Shown: piece by piece, positions 9,401-18,733 of the stretch
Numbering within the stretch: position 1 is the first letter of the stretch
Layout: each line of letters begins with the position of its first letter
The notes under the pieces: generated by a model
Databases searched by the model: none
What the model was told of the DNA's origin: nothing
The model's input: only the letters and a program-made list of their open reading frames with translations
Assembly: GCA_045593465.1 (NCBI GenBank)
Contig: JAZNWT010000066.1
Coordinates: 1-30,569 of the forward strand
Source: Clostridia bacterium
GTDB lineage: Bacteria > Bacillota > Clostridia > Christensenellales > CAG-138
DNA: 30,569 nucleotides
Direction of reading: 5' to 3'
Made by a program: the position numbers and the translations under genes

Positions 9401-10642
9401 ATCACCCCATGCAACAACATCAACACTCGATGCCAATGCACCGTCTGCACAGAACTGTGCAAGAAGCTTTGCATATGTGTGCACGAGTGTTTCAAAGCCG
9501 ATTTTTCCTATGCTTGAATCAACATAGCTTACTGCTCTGTCAGTTGCTTCATAATATGCGAGTATTTCTTTTGCGATTTCAATATACTCTGAAACCTCAA
9601 GCGTTCCGCCCGTTGTATCTTCGCCGGATTTTTCTGCCTTTTCGCGTTCATAATAATATGTTACGTCGCCGCTTGTGCCTTCATATTTTTCAACTACAAC
9701 TCTTGCTGCAAGTTCCAAGAAGCTTGCCATTGAGAATTTAACCGTACCTATTGTCAGATATGTAGGTACCTTTTTATTTGTTTCAATTACCGTGTACAGA
9801 CGCTTTCCGCCTTTTACAGCCCAGTCTGTTGATATTGCATCGGGAGTTGGTGTGGGTTCAGCTGTGGGCTCGGGCGTGGGAGCTTCTGTGGGTGTAGGTG
9901 TAGGTGCAGCCGTTGTGGGTGCAACTGTGGGAGTAGGTGTGGGTGCAGCCGTTGTGGGTGCAGCCGTTGTGGGTGCAACCGTGGGTGTTTCCGTGGGTGT
10001 TGCCGTGGGTGTTACAGTAGGTGTTGCAGTGGGTGCAACAGTGGGTGTCGACGCATTTGCCGCTATGCTTGCCCATGAATCAACGGTTACATAGTTGGGA
10101 AGCGAACCGTTTTCATTGTAGTAATTTAATATTTTTGCCCATGAATAAACAAGGTTTTCAAAACCAACCTTTATTGTGGAGGATCTGCTCTTTTCGTATT
10201 CGCAGTAATTTGTCGCAATACCGTCCTCCATAAACTCGGAATTTCTTTCGGACATATCGGTGTAGCTGTCATAATGACGCGAACCCGACATTGAGCTTCC
10301 TTTATATTTTGTAACATAAATTTTAAAACTGCTGCTTACAGCATCTGAAGGGCTACTCGGCATTGATACAGACTCAACCGTGTAAGTTGAGTTACTATTA
10401 CCGTCATTAAGATCGATTATAGCATCACAGGCAAGTTTAAAATACTGTGCAGTATTGATAGAATTGCCTCCAACGCTTACACTGCTCGGGAGTGAGCAAT
10501 ATGTATCAATGTAAGACTTGAGGTTGCTCGATGCAGTAAGTATCTGCTTCAATGTTACCGTTGTTGCCGCACTTGCAATCGACACCGGAAGTATTGAAAC
10601 CACCATAATCACTGCCATCAAAAACGCTAAATACCTTTTCAT
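6473..10642 (-). CDS. Secreted PMBR-like module (x4)-GGT fusion, paralog 3 (1389 aa)
   Basis: RBS GGAGG at 10653-10657; signal peptide [25 protein letters not shown]; four modules, long Pro/Thr/Ala linkers and a Ser/Thr-rich linker; GGT domain ~7940-6473, nucleophile Thr codon 7004-7006. Confidence 0.95.
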   Translation of the reverse strand: MKRYLAFLMAVIMVVSILPVSIASAATTVTLKQILTASSNLKSYIDTYCSLPSSVSVGGNSINTAQYFKLACDAIIDLNDGNSNSTYTVESVSMPSSPSDAVSSSFKIYVTKYKGSSMSGSRHYDSYTDMSERNSEFMEDGIATNYCEYEKSRSSTIKVGFENLVYSWAKILNYYNENGSLPNYVTVDSWASIAANASTPTVAPTATPTVTPTATPTETPTVAPTTAAPTTAAPTPTPTVAPTTAAPTPTPTEAPTPEPTAEPTPTPDAISTDWAVKGGKRLYTVIETNKKVPTYLTIGTVKFSMASFLELAARVVVEKYEGTSGDVTYYYEREKAEKSGEDTTGGTLEVSEYIEIAKEILAYYEATDRAVSYVDSSIGKIGFETLVHTYAKLLAQFCADGALASSVDVVAWGDVTGTALPAPLPTEEVVLPTEAPVATEAPVVTQAPAQSATPVPEATLPAFIESAQATGTITKDILIATAARVLKTVNANSKVPSYITATTDGLRLTMPQLLSTLAVFVLDTEMTEYPIYTVAKCQKTAESMTDGTLSMEEYKRVAAKICEFVYYNSMAPSYVSTSLGELSFESLLIMFCELASSYDAENGLAETIAPKSWASVSGTVVATPAPTSEVTPTPVPTEEPTPVPTEEPTPVPTATPTPVPTATPTPVPTATPTPVPTATPTPVPTATPDGVFTIKELAAAANTALAGYTSGTAFYPGGLTVDGVTVAPQNYFIIAAKAIQDIYNGNTSATYKKTSYSYDVPTLVANYTIKYTDGTELTSVSKTFYMNFAIRQTVYMETGNGASTNAVGASASYPTTSSNANGFAVSNCTGQMTYEAGLLMFTRILAYYDSNSALPSSVTLQYVPAADSETTTTSSPSTTTSPSTPSPDYTVAPKPTATTVSTITGDTFKSGSVGTKGAVSSSSAYSSKIGLDILQKGGNAIDAAVATMFAVGLCEPSGSSVGGGGLAVIYLADEDRYLIMDYMAQTPSTVGSTTVLAKMMCVPGMVHGAITMLEKYGTMTLAEILDPVIELARSGFYIDDEFVYRATQINTNYAYPTNLFTKDMNGGTLEAGDAFRNEDLATTLELIRDGGIDAFYNSSFTTTMVNYIQSIGGTIKKSDFQQYTSIERDPLTTTYRGYDVYTGSGSAQGGSRVVSMLGKMSSHSMSSYGHDSANAVRATAVAFGMTSRGSSLGVKEDMLNLLNDVVPYDNKTTTMLTTYDQWGNAVAANVTLGYNYGCSVAVPGTGFCFNSGMTTSTGTSLSRVQSTMAPTIVADTDGTPLIIVGSPGDQAIITATAITISNILDFGMNVCQAVNAPRFFGYASTSAMTIETRYSSTTRNTLKNWGYTLTTSEGEYSSGVGCVSAIHVNSDGTIMAAADHRREYMSFAY
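8582..8749 (-). repeat. Coding tandem repeat, 7 x 24 nt (PTPVPTEE x2, PTPVPTAT x5), Pro/Thr linker
   Basis: Direct 24-nt periodicity with synonymous variation and no spacers; lies inside the paralog 3 ORF. Confidence 0.9.
9839..10050 (-). repeat. Coding low-complexity Pro/Thr/Ala linker ([11 protein letters not shown]-type repeats)
   Basis: Imperfect repeats between modules 1 and 2 of paralog 3. Confidence 0.85.
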
Positions 10643-10675
10643 TTTTTCGACGCCTCCACTTTTATTGTCTATACT

Positions 10676-10728
10676 TTAACAAGTGTTTATTAAAAAAAAA
10701 TTAAATAGACACTGTTAACATTATAACA
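10676..10728 (-). promoter_or_regulatory. Extended -10 promoter (TGnTATAAT) for paralog 3, followed by an imperfect inverted repeat in the 5' leader
   Basis: Minus strand TGTTATAAT at 10728-10720; arms TTAACAGTGTCTATT (10718-10704) and AATAAACACTTGTTAA (10691-10676) around a T-rich loop. Confidence 0.55.
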
Positions 10729-10796
10729 TTATCATTTTTCGCCACATTGTTCAATAGTTTGTTAAAATATATTTTTTCCTTATGCTGCACTGCACT

Positions 10797-10827
10797 AAAA
10801 AAAGCGGATGTTATACCCGCTTTTTTT
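10797..10827 (-). terminator. Rho-independent terminator after paralog 4
   Basis: AAAAAAAGCGG-N9-CCGCTTTTTTT inverted repeat with flanking A/T tracts, 16 nt past the stop at 10844. Confidence 0.85.
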
Positions 10828-10843
10828 ATTTTTCTTGTTCCTG

Positions 10844-13800
10844 TTAGTATGCGTACGACATATATTCGCGTCTTATATCCGCCGCAGTATAAACCGTGCC
10901 GTCCTTGTCAACATAAATTGCCGATACACAGCCAACGCCGTCGCTGAATTCGTCCTCTGCATACAGTGTGAAGCCCATTTCTTTAAGGTCATCTATTACC
11001 CACGGAGAATAACGTGCTTCTATTGTTATTGTCGAGCCGCTTCCGTAAAGTCTGGGAGCGTGTATTGCCTGGACAACAGTCATGTCGAAATCCAGCATAT
11101 TGCTTATTGTTATTGCAGTTGCCGTAATGATTGCACTGTTACCGGGAGAGCCTACACCAAGCATCGGCGTACCGTCTTCATGAGCAACAATGCAGGGTGA
11201 CATCGTACTGCCTACTCTTTTGCCGACCGCACAATTGTGTGATGACATGCAGAAACCCGTACCCGGCATTGCTATTGCAGAGCCGAAGTTTGCACCCAAG
11301 GTATTGTTTGAGGATACCATATTACCGTATTTATCACGTGTTACAAGCATTGTGGTTGATTTCGTATCAAACCAATCAACATCTTCCGTAAGCTCATCAA
11401 GACTCAATACGAGCTTTTCATTCATACTGCTTGACGGGCGTATACCGAATGAAGTAGCGGTTATTCTTACGGTTTCACTGTGGTCATGCCCCAAAAGTGC
11501 CAAATCGTAATTATCCATTTTTGCAAGCATATTTATAACGCTTGCACTGCCCGTTGCACTGCCAGAACCGCCGTATATGGTATAGCCTCGATACTCTCCT
11601 ATTCTCGGTTCTCCTTCAAACGCTTCGTATGCCGCAAAATCCTCACGTGTTATTGTACAGCCTTGACTCTGCAAATATGCACAAAGCTCATCGGTAAATT
11701 CGCTGTCGTAAAAATACTCGACACCGTTATCGCTTATTGCCTGCAATACATTTGCAAGGTCTTCGTTTTTGAATATATCGCCCTCTTGGAAATATTCGCC
11801 GTCATTTCTCATCAGGCTGTTAAGGTATGTACCCTCCTTATCGCCTACAAGTCTTGACTTTTTGCAGAACGTATTTGTAACCGCAAAGCCCTCTCTTGCA
11901 AGCTTGATTACGGGAGCAAGAACTTGCTGTAATGTCATCGTGCCGTACTTTTCAAGCATCTGTGAAGCACCCAGCACAATACCCGGAACACCCACAGGTC
12001 CACTTCCCGTACCGGCCGTCATATAGTCGTATGTTATGTATTTATCTTCGTCCGCAAGATATATAACGGTTATTCCGTCGCCACCGATGCTTGAACCCGA
12101 TGGCTCGCAAAGTCCGACAGCGAATATCGTTGCAACAGCCGCATCTATTGCGTTGCCGCCTGCTTTGAGTATATCAACGCCTATTTTTGATGCGTACTTG
12201 CTGCTGCTTGCAACGCCGCCGTTTTGTCCGACGCCGCCTGTGCCGTAAAGGTCACCCTCCATCACACCTATGCCGTTATACGGTGTGGGAACGGGAGTGG
12301 GCATGGGCGACAATGTTACCATAGGAGTCGGGAGTACCATACCGGTAAGGCTTTCCCAGGTTTCCACCGTCACGGAGTCAGGCAAAACGTAATTATAATC
12401 TTCAAACTGTTCAACTGTTTTTGCGAAGAAATACAGGCTTGTTTTATATCCCATAGCACCGCTTGATGTTTGAACATACGAGGGTGCAAGACTTGTTTTT
12501 TTCGTATAGTCAAGCATTTCTTTTGCAAGCTTTATATACTCTTCTTTGCCAATTACTGCACCGTTTTTGATATTCTCGCCGTCACCCTCGGGATTGTCGG
12601 CATTTATGAGTGCAACGTCCACAAAAAGATTTCCGTCAATATAAAGAACGGTATTGAGCATGAGCATGAGGAAATCGGAAAGCTCAAGCGTATTTCCGTC
12701 TACCGTTATTCTGCTCGGAAGCTTTTGGGAATATTTAACCGATGAAACAAGTCTTTTTGCCGCAAGAGCAATGCTTGTTAAATCAGCCGTTTTTTCATTT
12801 CTTGCACGGCTTACGGTATTGTTACTTTCGGGAACAAACGACGGTGTTGCCGTATATTGCGGCTCTATGGAAGCTGTCTCAAGCTTTTCTCCCGTTATCC
12901 TTTCCCATGTTCTCACGGTAATGCTTTCAACAAGCTCGTCACTGCTGCTGTATGCAATTATTTCCGCATAGGTATATATAAGATTTTCAAAGCTTATGCT
13001 GCCCAAGCTGCACGGCATAAATTCGGGAGCTGTTCCCTCGTCAGACATATAAGCCAATATGCAGTATGCAGTTTCAAGATACTCGCTCCTTGAAAGCTTG
13101 CCCTCCTTCAAATTTTCCTTGCCCTTTGTAATATTTAAAACATTAAGCACGCTAAAGCCGCTGTCATTTTCGCACGCAACATCCAAAACAGTATCGGCAA
13201 AAAGTGAAAGCAATTCGCTCATATAAAGCTTCATATCGTCCATCATGACGCTCATCGGAAGCTTTTTGTTTCTTTCTATTGTAATAACTACACGCTCTGC
13301 GAGATGCTTTACCTGTATAAACTCTATTCTGCTGCCGGCTTGGTCTTTTTCGCTGTCCGCATCTTGGGCAATGAATATGTGCCACGGAACAATGTTGATA
13401 CTCTCCGGAAGAACATTGTTTTTGCCGTAGAAGGAAAGTATCTGTGCAAATGCAAACACTGCATTATTATATCCTATCCTGCCATTTACAGCAGTAAGAT
13501 AATTTGCCACTCTTCCGTTTTTCTCAATGAATGTGATTCCCTTTTGAGCTATTTCAATATAATCGTCCTTTGGCACCACGAACATTTCCGTGGTATCTGC
13601 AGGTGCAGGTGCAGCAGAAGCATCGACAAACATTACATCTTCATTATAGCCTTCGTTTATGCTTACCGTTGCTCTGAAAGCAAGGTTCATATACTGCCCC
13701 ATATTCATATCAACGCCGCCGACGTTTATTGTTTCGGGCAATGCACTGTTCTTTCTTATTTCACGCTCCAAGCTTATCGAAGCCGCCACTACCTGCTCAA

Positions 13801-14404
13801 CGGTATACATTTTACCCGTAGGTGCAACCGTGGGTGTTGCCGTGGGAGCTGTGGTTTTAAGGTCCTCACCGCTGAACGCTTTCCACGATTCAACCGTTAA
13901 TGTAAGAGGAAGTCTTTCATTTTCATTATAGAATTTAAGAACACGCGAAAACGCGTAGAGCACTCCCTGATAGGATATTCTGTTGTTTTTGGGAGTTGTG
14001 CTATGATTGGGTGCTCTGTTGTTGTTCTTTACGAAAGTCAATGCATTCTGAGCTATTGTTACATAAGCTTCGGTGTCCAGCGTTTCACTGCCCGAAAACT
14101 TTTCCTGCGGCTTGGGAGCAGCTTCACACGCAATTACTTCAATCTGTGCAAGAGTATCCGCCTCCGTGCTGAGTGCAACAACGGCACTGAGCATCAAAGC
14201 ATAGTAACACGCCGTATCCACCGTATCCTGCCCTATTTTTACGGTGTCGGGGATTTTTTTATTTGCATTTATGTATTCTGTTGCCGTTGCCGCCGCATCA
14301 AGCACCTGTGCAATGCTGTAAGTTTGGGAAGCGGCACTCGAAAGTGTGGGTATGTATGCAAAAAGCATCATAAACACTAAAATAAAAGATATTATTTTTT
14401 TCAA
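10844..14404 (-). CDS. Secreted PMBR-like module (x4)-GGT fusion, paralog 4
   Basis: The track starts at TTG 14413; TTG 14404 (MKKIISFILVFMMLFAYIPTLSSA) fits RBS AAAGGGG (14414-14420) with 9-nt spacing. Modules such as YVTIAQNALTFVKNNNRAPNHST...ISYQGVLYAFSRVLKFYNENERLPLTLTV; GGT domain ~12270-10844, KS-TTMLVT nucleophile codon 11354-11356. Confidence 0.93.
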   Translation of the reverse strand: MKKIISFILVFMMLFAYIPTLSSAASQTYSIAQVLDAAATATEYINANKKIPDTVKIGQDTVDTACYYALMLSAVVALSTEADTLAQIEVIACEAAPKPQEKFSGSETLDTEAYVTIAQNALTFVKNNNRAPNHSTTPKNNRISYQGVLYAFSRVLKFYNENERLPLTLTVESWKAFSGEDLKTTAPTATPTVAPTGKMYTVEQVVAASISLEREIRKNSALPETINVGGVDMNMGQYMNLAFRATVSINEGYNEDVMFVDASAAPAPADTTEMFVVPKDDYIEIAQKGITFIEKNGRVANYLTAVNGRIGYNNAVFAFAQILSFYGKNNVLPESINIVPWHIFIAQDADSEKDQAGSRIEFIQVKHLAERVVITIERNKKLPMSVMMDDMKLYMSELLSLFADTVLDVACENDSGFSVLNVLNITKGKENLKEGKLSRSEYLETAYCILAYMSDEGTAPEFMPCSLGSISFENLIYTYAEIIAYSSSDELVESITVRTWERITGEKLETASIEPQYTATPSFVPESNNTVSRARNEKTADLTSIALAAKRLVSSVKYSQKLPSRITVDGNTLELSDFLMLMLNTVLYIDGNLFVDVALINADNPEGDGENIKNGAVIGKEEYIKLAKEMLDYTKKTSLAPSYVQTSSGAMGYKTSLYFFAKTVEQFEDYNYVLPDSVTVETWESLTGMVLPTPMVTLSPMPTPVPTPYNGIGVMEGDLYGTGGVGQNGGVASSSKYASKIGVDILKAGGNAIDAAVATIFAVGLCEPSGSSIGGDGITVIYLADEDKYITYDYMTAGTGSGPVGVPGIVLGASQMLEKYGTMTLQQVLAPVIKLAREGFAVTNTFCKKSRLVGDKEGTYLNSLMRNDGEYFQEGDIFKNEDLANVLQAISDNGVEYFYDSEFTDELCAYLQSQGCTITREDFAAYEAFEGEPRIGEYRGYTIYGGSGSATGSASVINMLAKMDNYDLALLGHDHSETVRITATSFGIRPSSSMNEKLVLSLDELTEDVDWFDTKSTTMLVTRDKYGNMVSSNNTLGANFGSAIAMPGTGFCMSSHNCAVGKRVGSTMSPCIVAHEDGTPMLGVGSPGNSAIITATAITISNMLDFDMTVVQAIHAPRLYGSGSTITIEARYSPWVIDDLKEMGFTLYAEDEFSDGVGCVSAIYVDKDGTVYTAADIRREYMSYAY

Positions 14405-14450
14405 AACAAACAACCCCTTTACTTTTTATTTGCTGTATTATCCTATACCG

Positions 14451-16988
14451 TCAATATGCGTATGCCATATATTCACGCCTGTAATCCGCACCTGCATATA
14501 TAACATCGTTATCGTCAACATATATTGCAGAAACACAGCCAACGCCGCTGCTGTATGATTCCATGGTATTCAAGCTGTAACCCATGGCTCTTAATCCATT
14601 GAGCGTTGCACTTGAATAGCGGTTTTCAATAGTCAAGGTTGAGCCGCTTCCGTAAAATCTCGGAGCGTGTATTGCCTGACTTACATTCATGCCGAAATCA
14701 ATTATATTGCTTACGGTGATTGCCGTTGCCGTAATGATTGCACTGTTTCCGGGTGAGCCTGCACCGAGCATGGGAAGCCCGTCATTTCCCGCAACTATAA
14801 CAGGTGCCATGGTGCTCTGTATTCTTGATGACGGTACTCCCGTGCTTGTGTTCAAGCCGGAATTGAAGCAGAAGCCCGTTGTGGGTACTGCAACACCGCA
14901 GCCGAAGTTATCGCCCAAAGTATTGTTGGAAGCAACCATATTGCCCCATTGGTCATATGTGACGAGCATCGTTGTGCTCTTCATATCGTACCATTCGCAG
15001 TTTTCAAGATTGCTCAAGTCAAGCAATTCATCATCTTTTTGAGAAATCAGACGCGATGACGGTCTTACACCGAAAGCTGTTGCCGTTATTCGTACCGTTT
15101 CTGCATTGTCATGCCCCAAGGAAGCAAGGTCATATTCACTCATGCTGTTGAGCATGGATATAACTCTTGAGCCACCCTGAGCCGTGCCCGAGCCTGCATA
15201 AACCTTGTAGCCTCTGTAGGTTGTGGTAAGCGGAACACGCTCAAGTGATGTATAATTCGCAAAATCCGTTCTCGAAACGGAGCTGCCGTTATTTATGAGA
15301 TAATCGCACATCATATCGGTAAATTCGCTGTTGTAAAAACCCTCTATGCCCTTATCCGATATGAGCTGTAATGTGTCTGCAAGGTCCGGATTTTTATATA
15401 TTTCGCCCGTATTATAAAGTTTTCCGTTATTACGATAGAGATTTACGGCATAAGGATATTCCGTGGGAACTATGGTCATCTTATAAGCCATGGTAGATGT
15501 TACCTCAAAGCCCTCACGTGCAAGCTTGATGACGGGTGCCAAAATTTCCTGACGCGTCATTGTTCCGTATTTTTCAAGCATACTCAACGCACCGTGAACA
15601 ATGCCGGGGATCATTATTTTGTTTGCCCTGCCACTGCCCGTAAAACTCGACGGAGTTTGGGACATATAATCAAATACTATGTATTTTTCTTCATCCGCAA
15701 GATAAATTACCGACAGACCACCGCCGCCTACCGACGAGCCCGACGGTTCACAAAGCCCGACAGCAAATATTGTTGCAACAGCCGCATCTATTGCGTTGCC
15801 GCCTTTTTGGAGTATGTCAAGACCTATCTGTGATGCAAATTTGCTTGCACTCGATACTGCACCGTATACGCCCACGGCACCGGTTTCAAACTCGTCACCT
15901 TCCATTGCACCTACGCCCGCATACGGAGTGGGAGTGGGACGCGGTGTTGCAGTTGCCGTTTCAACAGGAAGCGGAAGCTCTTTTCCCGTGAGTGTTTTCC
16001 ATGTTTTCAGCTGATATGTTTCGGGTAAATAGTATTTATGCCTATAATGGCTTATTATTTCAGCAAGCAGACATATACCTGTTTCAATGCCGGCTTTTCC
16101 AAGCGATATCTCACAGTAGCTCGGCACCATGCCGCTTTTCTGAGTTTGTTTTACAACCTCACGTGCTATTTCTATATAATCATCCCGTGTTATATTGCCG
16201 TCTTTTAAATCTTCGCCGTTATTTTCAGGCTGTTCCGACTTGATTATTTCAATATTGCTTACCGTATTCGTTGAAAAATCCATCACAAGCTTTGCCAATG
16301 AATAATAAATTTCGGGCATTGTAAGCCTTGCCGAATCCGTAATTATATATACCGGCAGTTCCTTTTCAACTTTTACCGTCGTTAAAATACGCTCCGCCAC
16401 ATTCATAAGGGCTATTCTGCCGACTATCTTTGAACCGTCCTGCTTTTCTTCTGCCTGCTTCTGTTCAAAGGGCGATTCGAATTTTAAGCGGACAATCGAT
16501 GGCAAAGTATTATTTTCAATATAGCTTATAAGCACTCTTGAAAACGCAACCAGCATTGTTTCATAGCTTATTTTTCCGTATTTCGATGCACCGTAATTCG
16601 GCACTCTGTTATAGAGTGCCATAAACTTTGAAGCACTTTTTGCAATGCTCATATATTCGCTCTGCTGTGCATATATGTTGATAGTATTTCCGTTTGAATT
16701 TATGGGCTTTAAAAGCTTTTCATTCAAAGCTATGCTGCCTGTTTTTTTCGCTTCAACAGCCACTATTGCATCGGTTATAAGCTGGAAGCATTTTTCAACG
16801 GCAACGCGGTCATTTCCTATGTCAAGCTCCAACGGAACAGCTCTGCCTGAGTCAACAGCATTGCACACCTGATATGCTACGCTTCCGATTTCGGACAAAG
16901 TATAAGAAGTGTCGCTTTGTGCAGTTGCAAGCGGTACTGACGCAATCAATAAAATAAACGCAAGTATAAATGCTGTTATTCTTTTCAT
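14451..16988 (-). CDS. Secreted PMBR-like module (x2)-GGT fusion, paralog 5 (845 aa)
   Basis: Signal peptide MKRITAFILAFILLIASVPLATA; two modules (YMSIAKSASKFMALYNRVPNYGASKYGKISYETMLVAFSRVL); GGT domain ~15920-14451, nucleophile codon 14973-14975. Short gap and no terminator before paralog 4 suggest co-transcription. Confidence 0.94.
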   Translation of the reverse strand: MKRITAFILAFILLIASVPLATAQSDTSYTLSEIGSVAYQVCNAVDSGRAVPLELDIGNDRVAVEKCFQLITDAIVAVEAKKTGSIALNEKLLKPINSNGNTINIYAQQSEYMSIAKSASKFMALYNRVPNYGASKYGKISYETMLVAFSRVLISYIENNTLPSIVRLKFESPFEQKQAEEKQDGSKIVGRIALMNVAERILTTVKVEKELPVYIITDSARLTMPEIYYSLAKLVMDFSTNTVSNIEIIKSEQPENNGEDLKDGNITRDDYIEIAREVVKQTQKSGMVPSYCEISLGKAGIETGICLLAEIISHYRHKYYLPETYQLKTWKTLTGKELPLPVETATATPRPTPTPYAGVGAMEGDEFETGAVGVYGAVSSASKFASQIGLDILQKGGNAIDAAVATIFAVGLCEPSGSSVGGGGLSVIYLADEEKYIVFDYMSQTPSSFTGSGRANKIMIPGIVHGALSMLEKYGTMTRQEILAPVIKLAREGFEVTSTMAYKMTIVPTEYPYAVNLYRNNGKLYNTGEIYKNPDLADTLQLISDKGIEGFYNSEFTDMMCDYLINNGSSVSRTDFANYTSLERVPLTTTYRGYKVYAGSGTAQGGSRVISMLNSMSEYDLASLGHDNAETVRITATAFGVRPSSRLISQKDDELLDLSNLENCEWYDMKSTTMLVTYDQWGNMVASNNTLGDNFGCGVAVPTTGFCFNSGLNTSTGVPSSRIQSTMAPVIVAGNDGLPMLGAGSPGNSAIITATAITVSNIIDFGMNVSQAIHAPRFYGSGSTLTIENRYSSATLNGLRAMGYSLNTMESYSSGVGCVSAIYVDDNDVIYAGADYRREYMAYAY

Positions 16989-17023
16989 TCAAGCAATTCC
17001 AATCGGTATAAAATTTCTTTTAT

Positions 17024-17052
17024 ATCATATCACTGTGCATTGCTTTAATCAA
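17024..17052 (-). promoter_or_regulatory. Sigma70/SigA-type promoter for paralogs 5-4
   Basis: Minus strand TTGATT (17052-17047) - 17 nt - TATGAT (17029-17024), with the TG extended -10 dinucleotide. Confidence 0.7.
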
Positions 17053-17098
17053 TGAATAAAATAAGTCATTTTCCCTTATTGAAATGCCGTTTGACGTT

Positions 17099-18706
17099 TT
17101 ATTTGTTATAGTTTGGATTCAGCTCTATCGGAGGATACGGTGTGACCACAATTTGCGGAGCTTTTGATGAATAATCATAGTTTGGATTATAAAAAGGATC
17201 TCCCGAAATAAGCATCGGACGCAATGTTCCGTACATTCGCACCTCGTCTGCTTCGCTCCGCTCCCATGCACTGCCGTCATCATGCTTTATCATCACGGCA
17301 AACGGTTCATATATGTTGTCAAGTCCCTTTCTTCCGAGCCTCAGCGAAAACTCTATTGCGGCATCCGTATTTTCAATGGTTTCATCAAATCCGCCTGCAT
17401 CATAAAACGTATCACAGCTTATCATAAAGCATAATGATGAAACCGCACTGACCGAGCGTTTTACATTTATAAATCTGTTTTTGACCTCATCGCTTTTATC
17501 GTCCGCTTCTCCCCGATACAGACTGCCGAATGTTCCGAAAAGCCCCACGGTTATTCCGCATTCGTATATTTTACCCTCGCTGTTCAGTATCTTGCACCCA
17601 ACAGCACCCGTCCTTCCGTCTTCCACCGAGTCCATAAGGTTTTTAATATGTATGGGCGATATCAGCTCCATTGCAGGATCCAAAAAAAGCAACACATCAC
17701 AATCCGCCTCTGCAGCACCCATATTGCAAAGCTTGGAATAGTTTTTTTCATCGCTGTAAAGCACACGTACTGCTTTACTTTCTTCAAGTAATCGGCAATA
17801 CGCCTGCATTTTTGCATCATTTATACCGTAGCTTACCACCACTATTTTTTTAGGTATATTGAATATGCATTCTTCAATGGATTCAAGCAGTCTTCGAAGC
17901 GGAACAATATCCTTTCCGCTTAAAATGACTATTCCGAGAACACTCTTTCTCTTTTTCGCACTGCTCACACGGAATGTTCCGTAAACAAGTCCCTCCTCCA
18001 TAAGCCGTGAGCGGCGTTTTAACTGTAAATAAGCTTTAATGGCACTAAGTCCGCCCTCCGTTGATACAATACCCCGTTTTTTTGTGCGTGAAGCAAGCAC
18101 CTTTTTTATGTGTATTATTTCGGAAGAATGTGCAACACAGCTTAAAGCCGTACTGTAAAGTGCGTCCTCGTCAGACATATCAACTTTTGCAAGCTGTGAA
18201 AACACTTTTTTGCTTATCATTACAGGAATGCCTATGCAATTATAACTCAAAAGAGTTGTTTCGCTGTAATCAGGTTTAAAAAACGGATTTGAGCGTTCAT
18301 TGTTTAAACTCATTTCGTCCTCATCGGCATACAGCATATCTATGTAAGCATTCTTGTTTATTTCTTCGGCAAAACTAAATAACGCATCATTTGTAAGGAC
18401 GCAGTCATCCGTAAGCAGCAGCACGAAATCTCCGTTAACATTTTCTTCGCTGTTCACAAGCTCCCAATTTAAGTATGTCTGCTTTCCAAGTGAAGCCTTA
18501 AGCTTTTTATCGGCATCACTTACAAAAACACTTATGAGCGGCGAATACTCAAGCTCTGTCATAATCGCATTCTCGCCGTTATTTGACAAATACACCTCGT
18601 AACCGAGTGCATTTTTACTGTTTTTATTGTTTTTTTTGCCGTAAAAAAAGGCAGCTATTGCATTTTTACTTCTCTGTTTCATGCAAATATACTGCCTCAA
18701 TATCAT
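17099..18706 (-). CDS. Tandem GT2-domain glycosyltransferase-like protein, motifs degenerate
   Basis: QTYLNWELV, LYADEDE...RSNPFFKPDYS...LLSYN, NYSKLCNMGA, GAVGCKIL, SVSAVSSLCFMI...GGFDE match the double-GT2 family. Start could be 18682 (MKQRSK). Confidence 0.8.
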   Translation of the reverse strand: MILRQYICMKQRSKNAIAAFFYGKKNNKNSKNALGYEVYLSNNGENAIMTELEYSPLISVFVSDADKKLKASLGKQTYLNWELVNSEENVNGDFVLLLTDDCVLTNDALFSFAEEINKNAYIDMLYADEDEMSLNNERSNPFFKPDYSETTLLSYNCIGIPVMISKKVFSQLAKVDMSDEDALYSTALSCVAHSSEIIHIKKVLASRTKKRGIVSTEGGLSAIKAYLQLKRRSRLMEEGLVYGTFRVSSAKKRKSVLGIVILSGKDIVPLRRLLESIEECIFNIPKKIVVVSYGINDAKMQAYCRLLEESKAVRVLYSDEKNYSKLCNMGAAEADCDVLLFLDPAMELISPIHIKNLMDSVEDGRTGAVGCKILNSEGKIYECGITVGLFGTFGSLYRGEADDKSDEVKNRFINVKRSVSAVSSLCFMISCDTFYDAGGFDETIENTDAAIEFSLRLGRKGLDNIYEPFAVMIKHDDGSAWERSEADEVRMYGTLRPMLISGDPFYNPNYDYSSKAPQIVVTPYPPIELNPNYNK

Positions 18707-18733
18707 ATTTTTTATTCGATTTTTATGCTTATA

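Noticed and set aside
10692-10700. Nine-A homopolymer near the paralog 3 promoter as a phase-variation tract
   Set aside because: It lies in the loop of the leader inverted repeat, downstream of the -10 box, not in a promoter spacer or coding sequence.
708-16872. Dozens of 60-200 aa plus-strand ORFs over the array, some similar to each other (3281-3505, 6735-6938, 14689-15042)
   Set aside because: They are antisense shadows of the long minus-strand genes; their mutual similarity simply mirrors the conserved GGT coding sequence, and I saw no convincing RBS or family motifs.
1-16988. Array as ordinary glutathione-degrading GGTs, S-layer (SLH) proteins, or CapD of a poly-gamma-glutamate capsule locus
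   Set aside because: Free-glutamate binding residues are absent, I see no SLH motif, and no capBCA/pgs genes are in the window. A CapD-like or self-peptidoglycan role is not excluded, only less supported.
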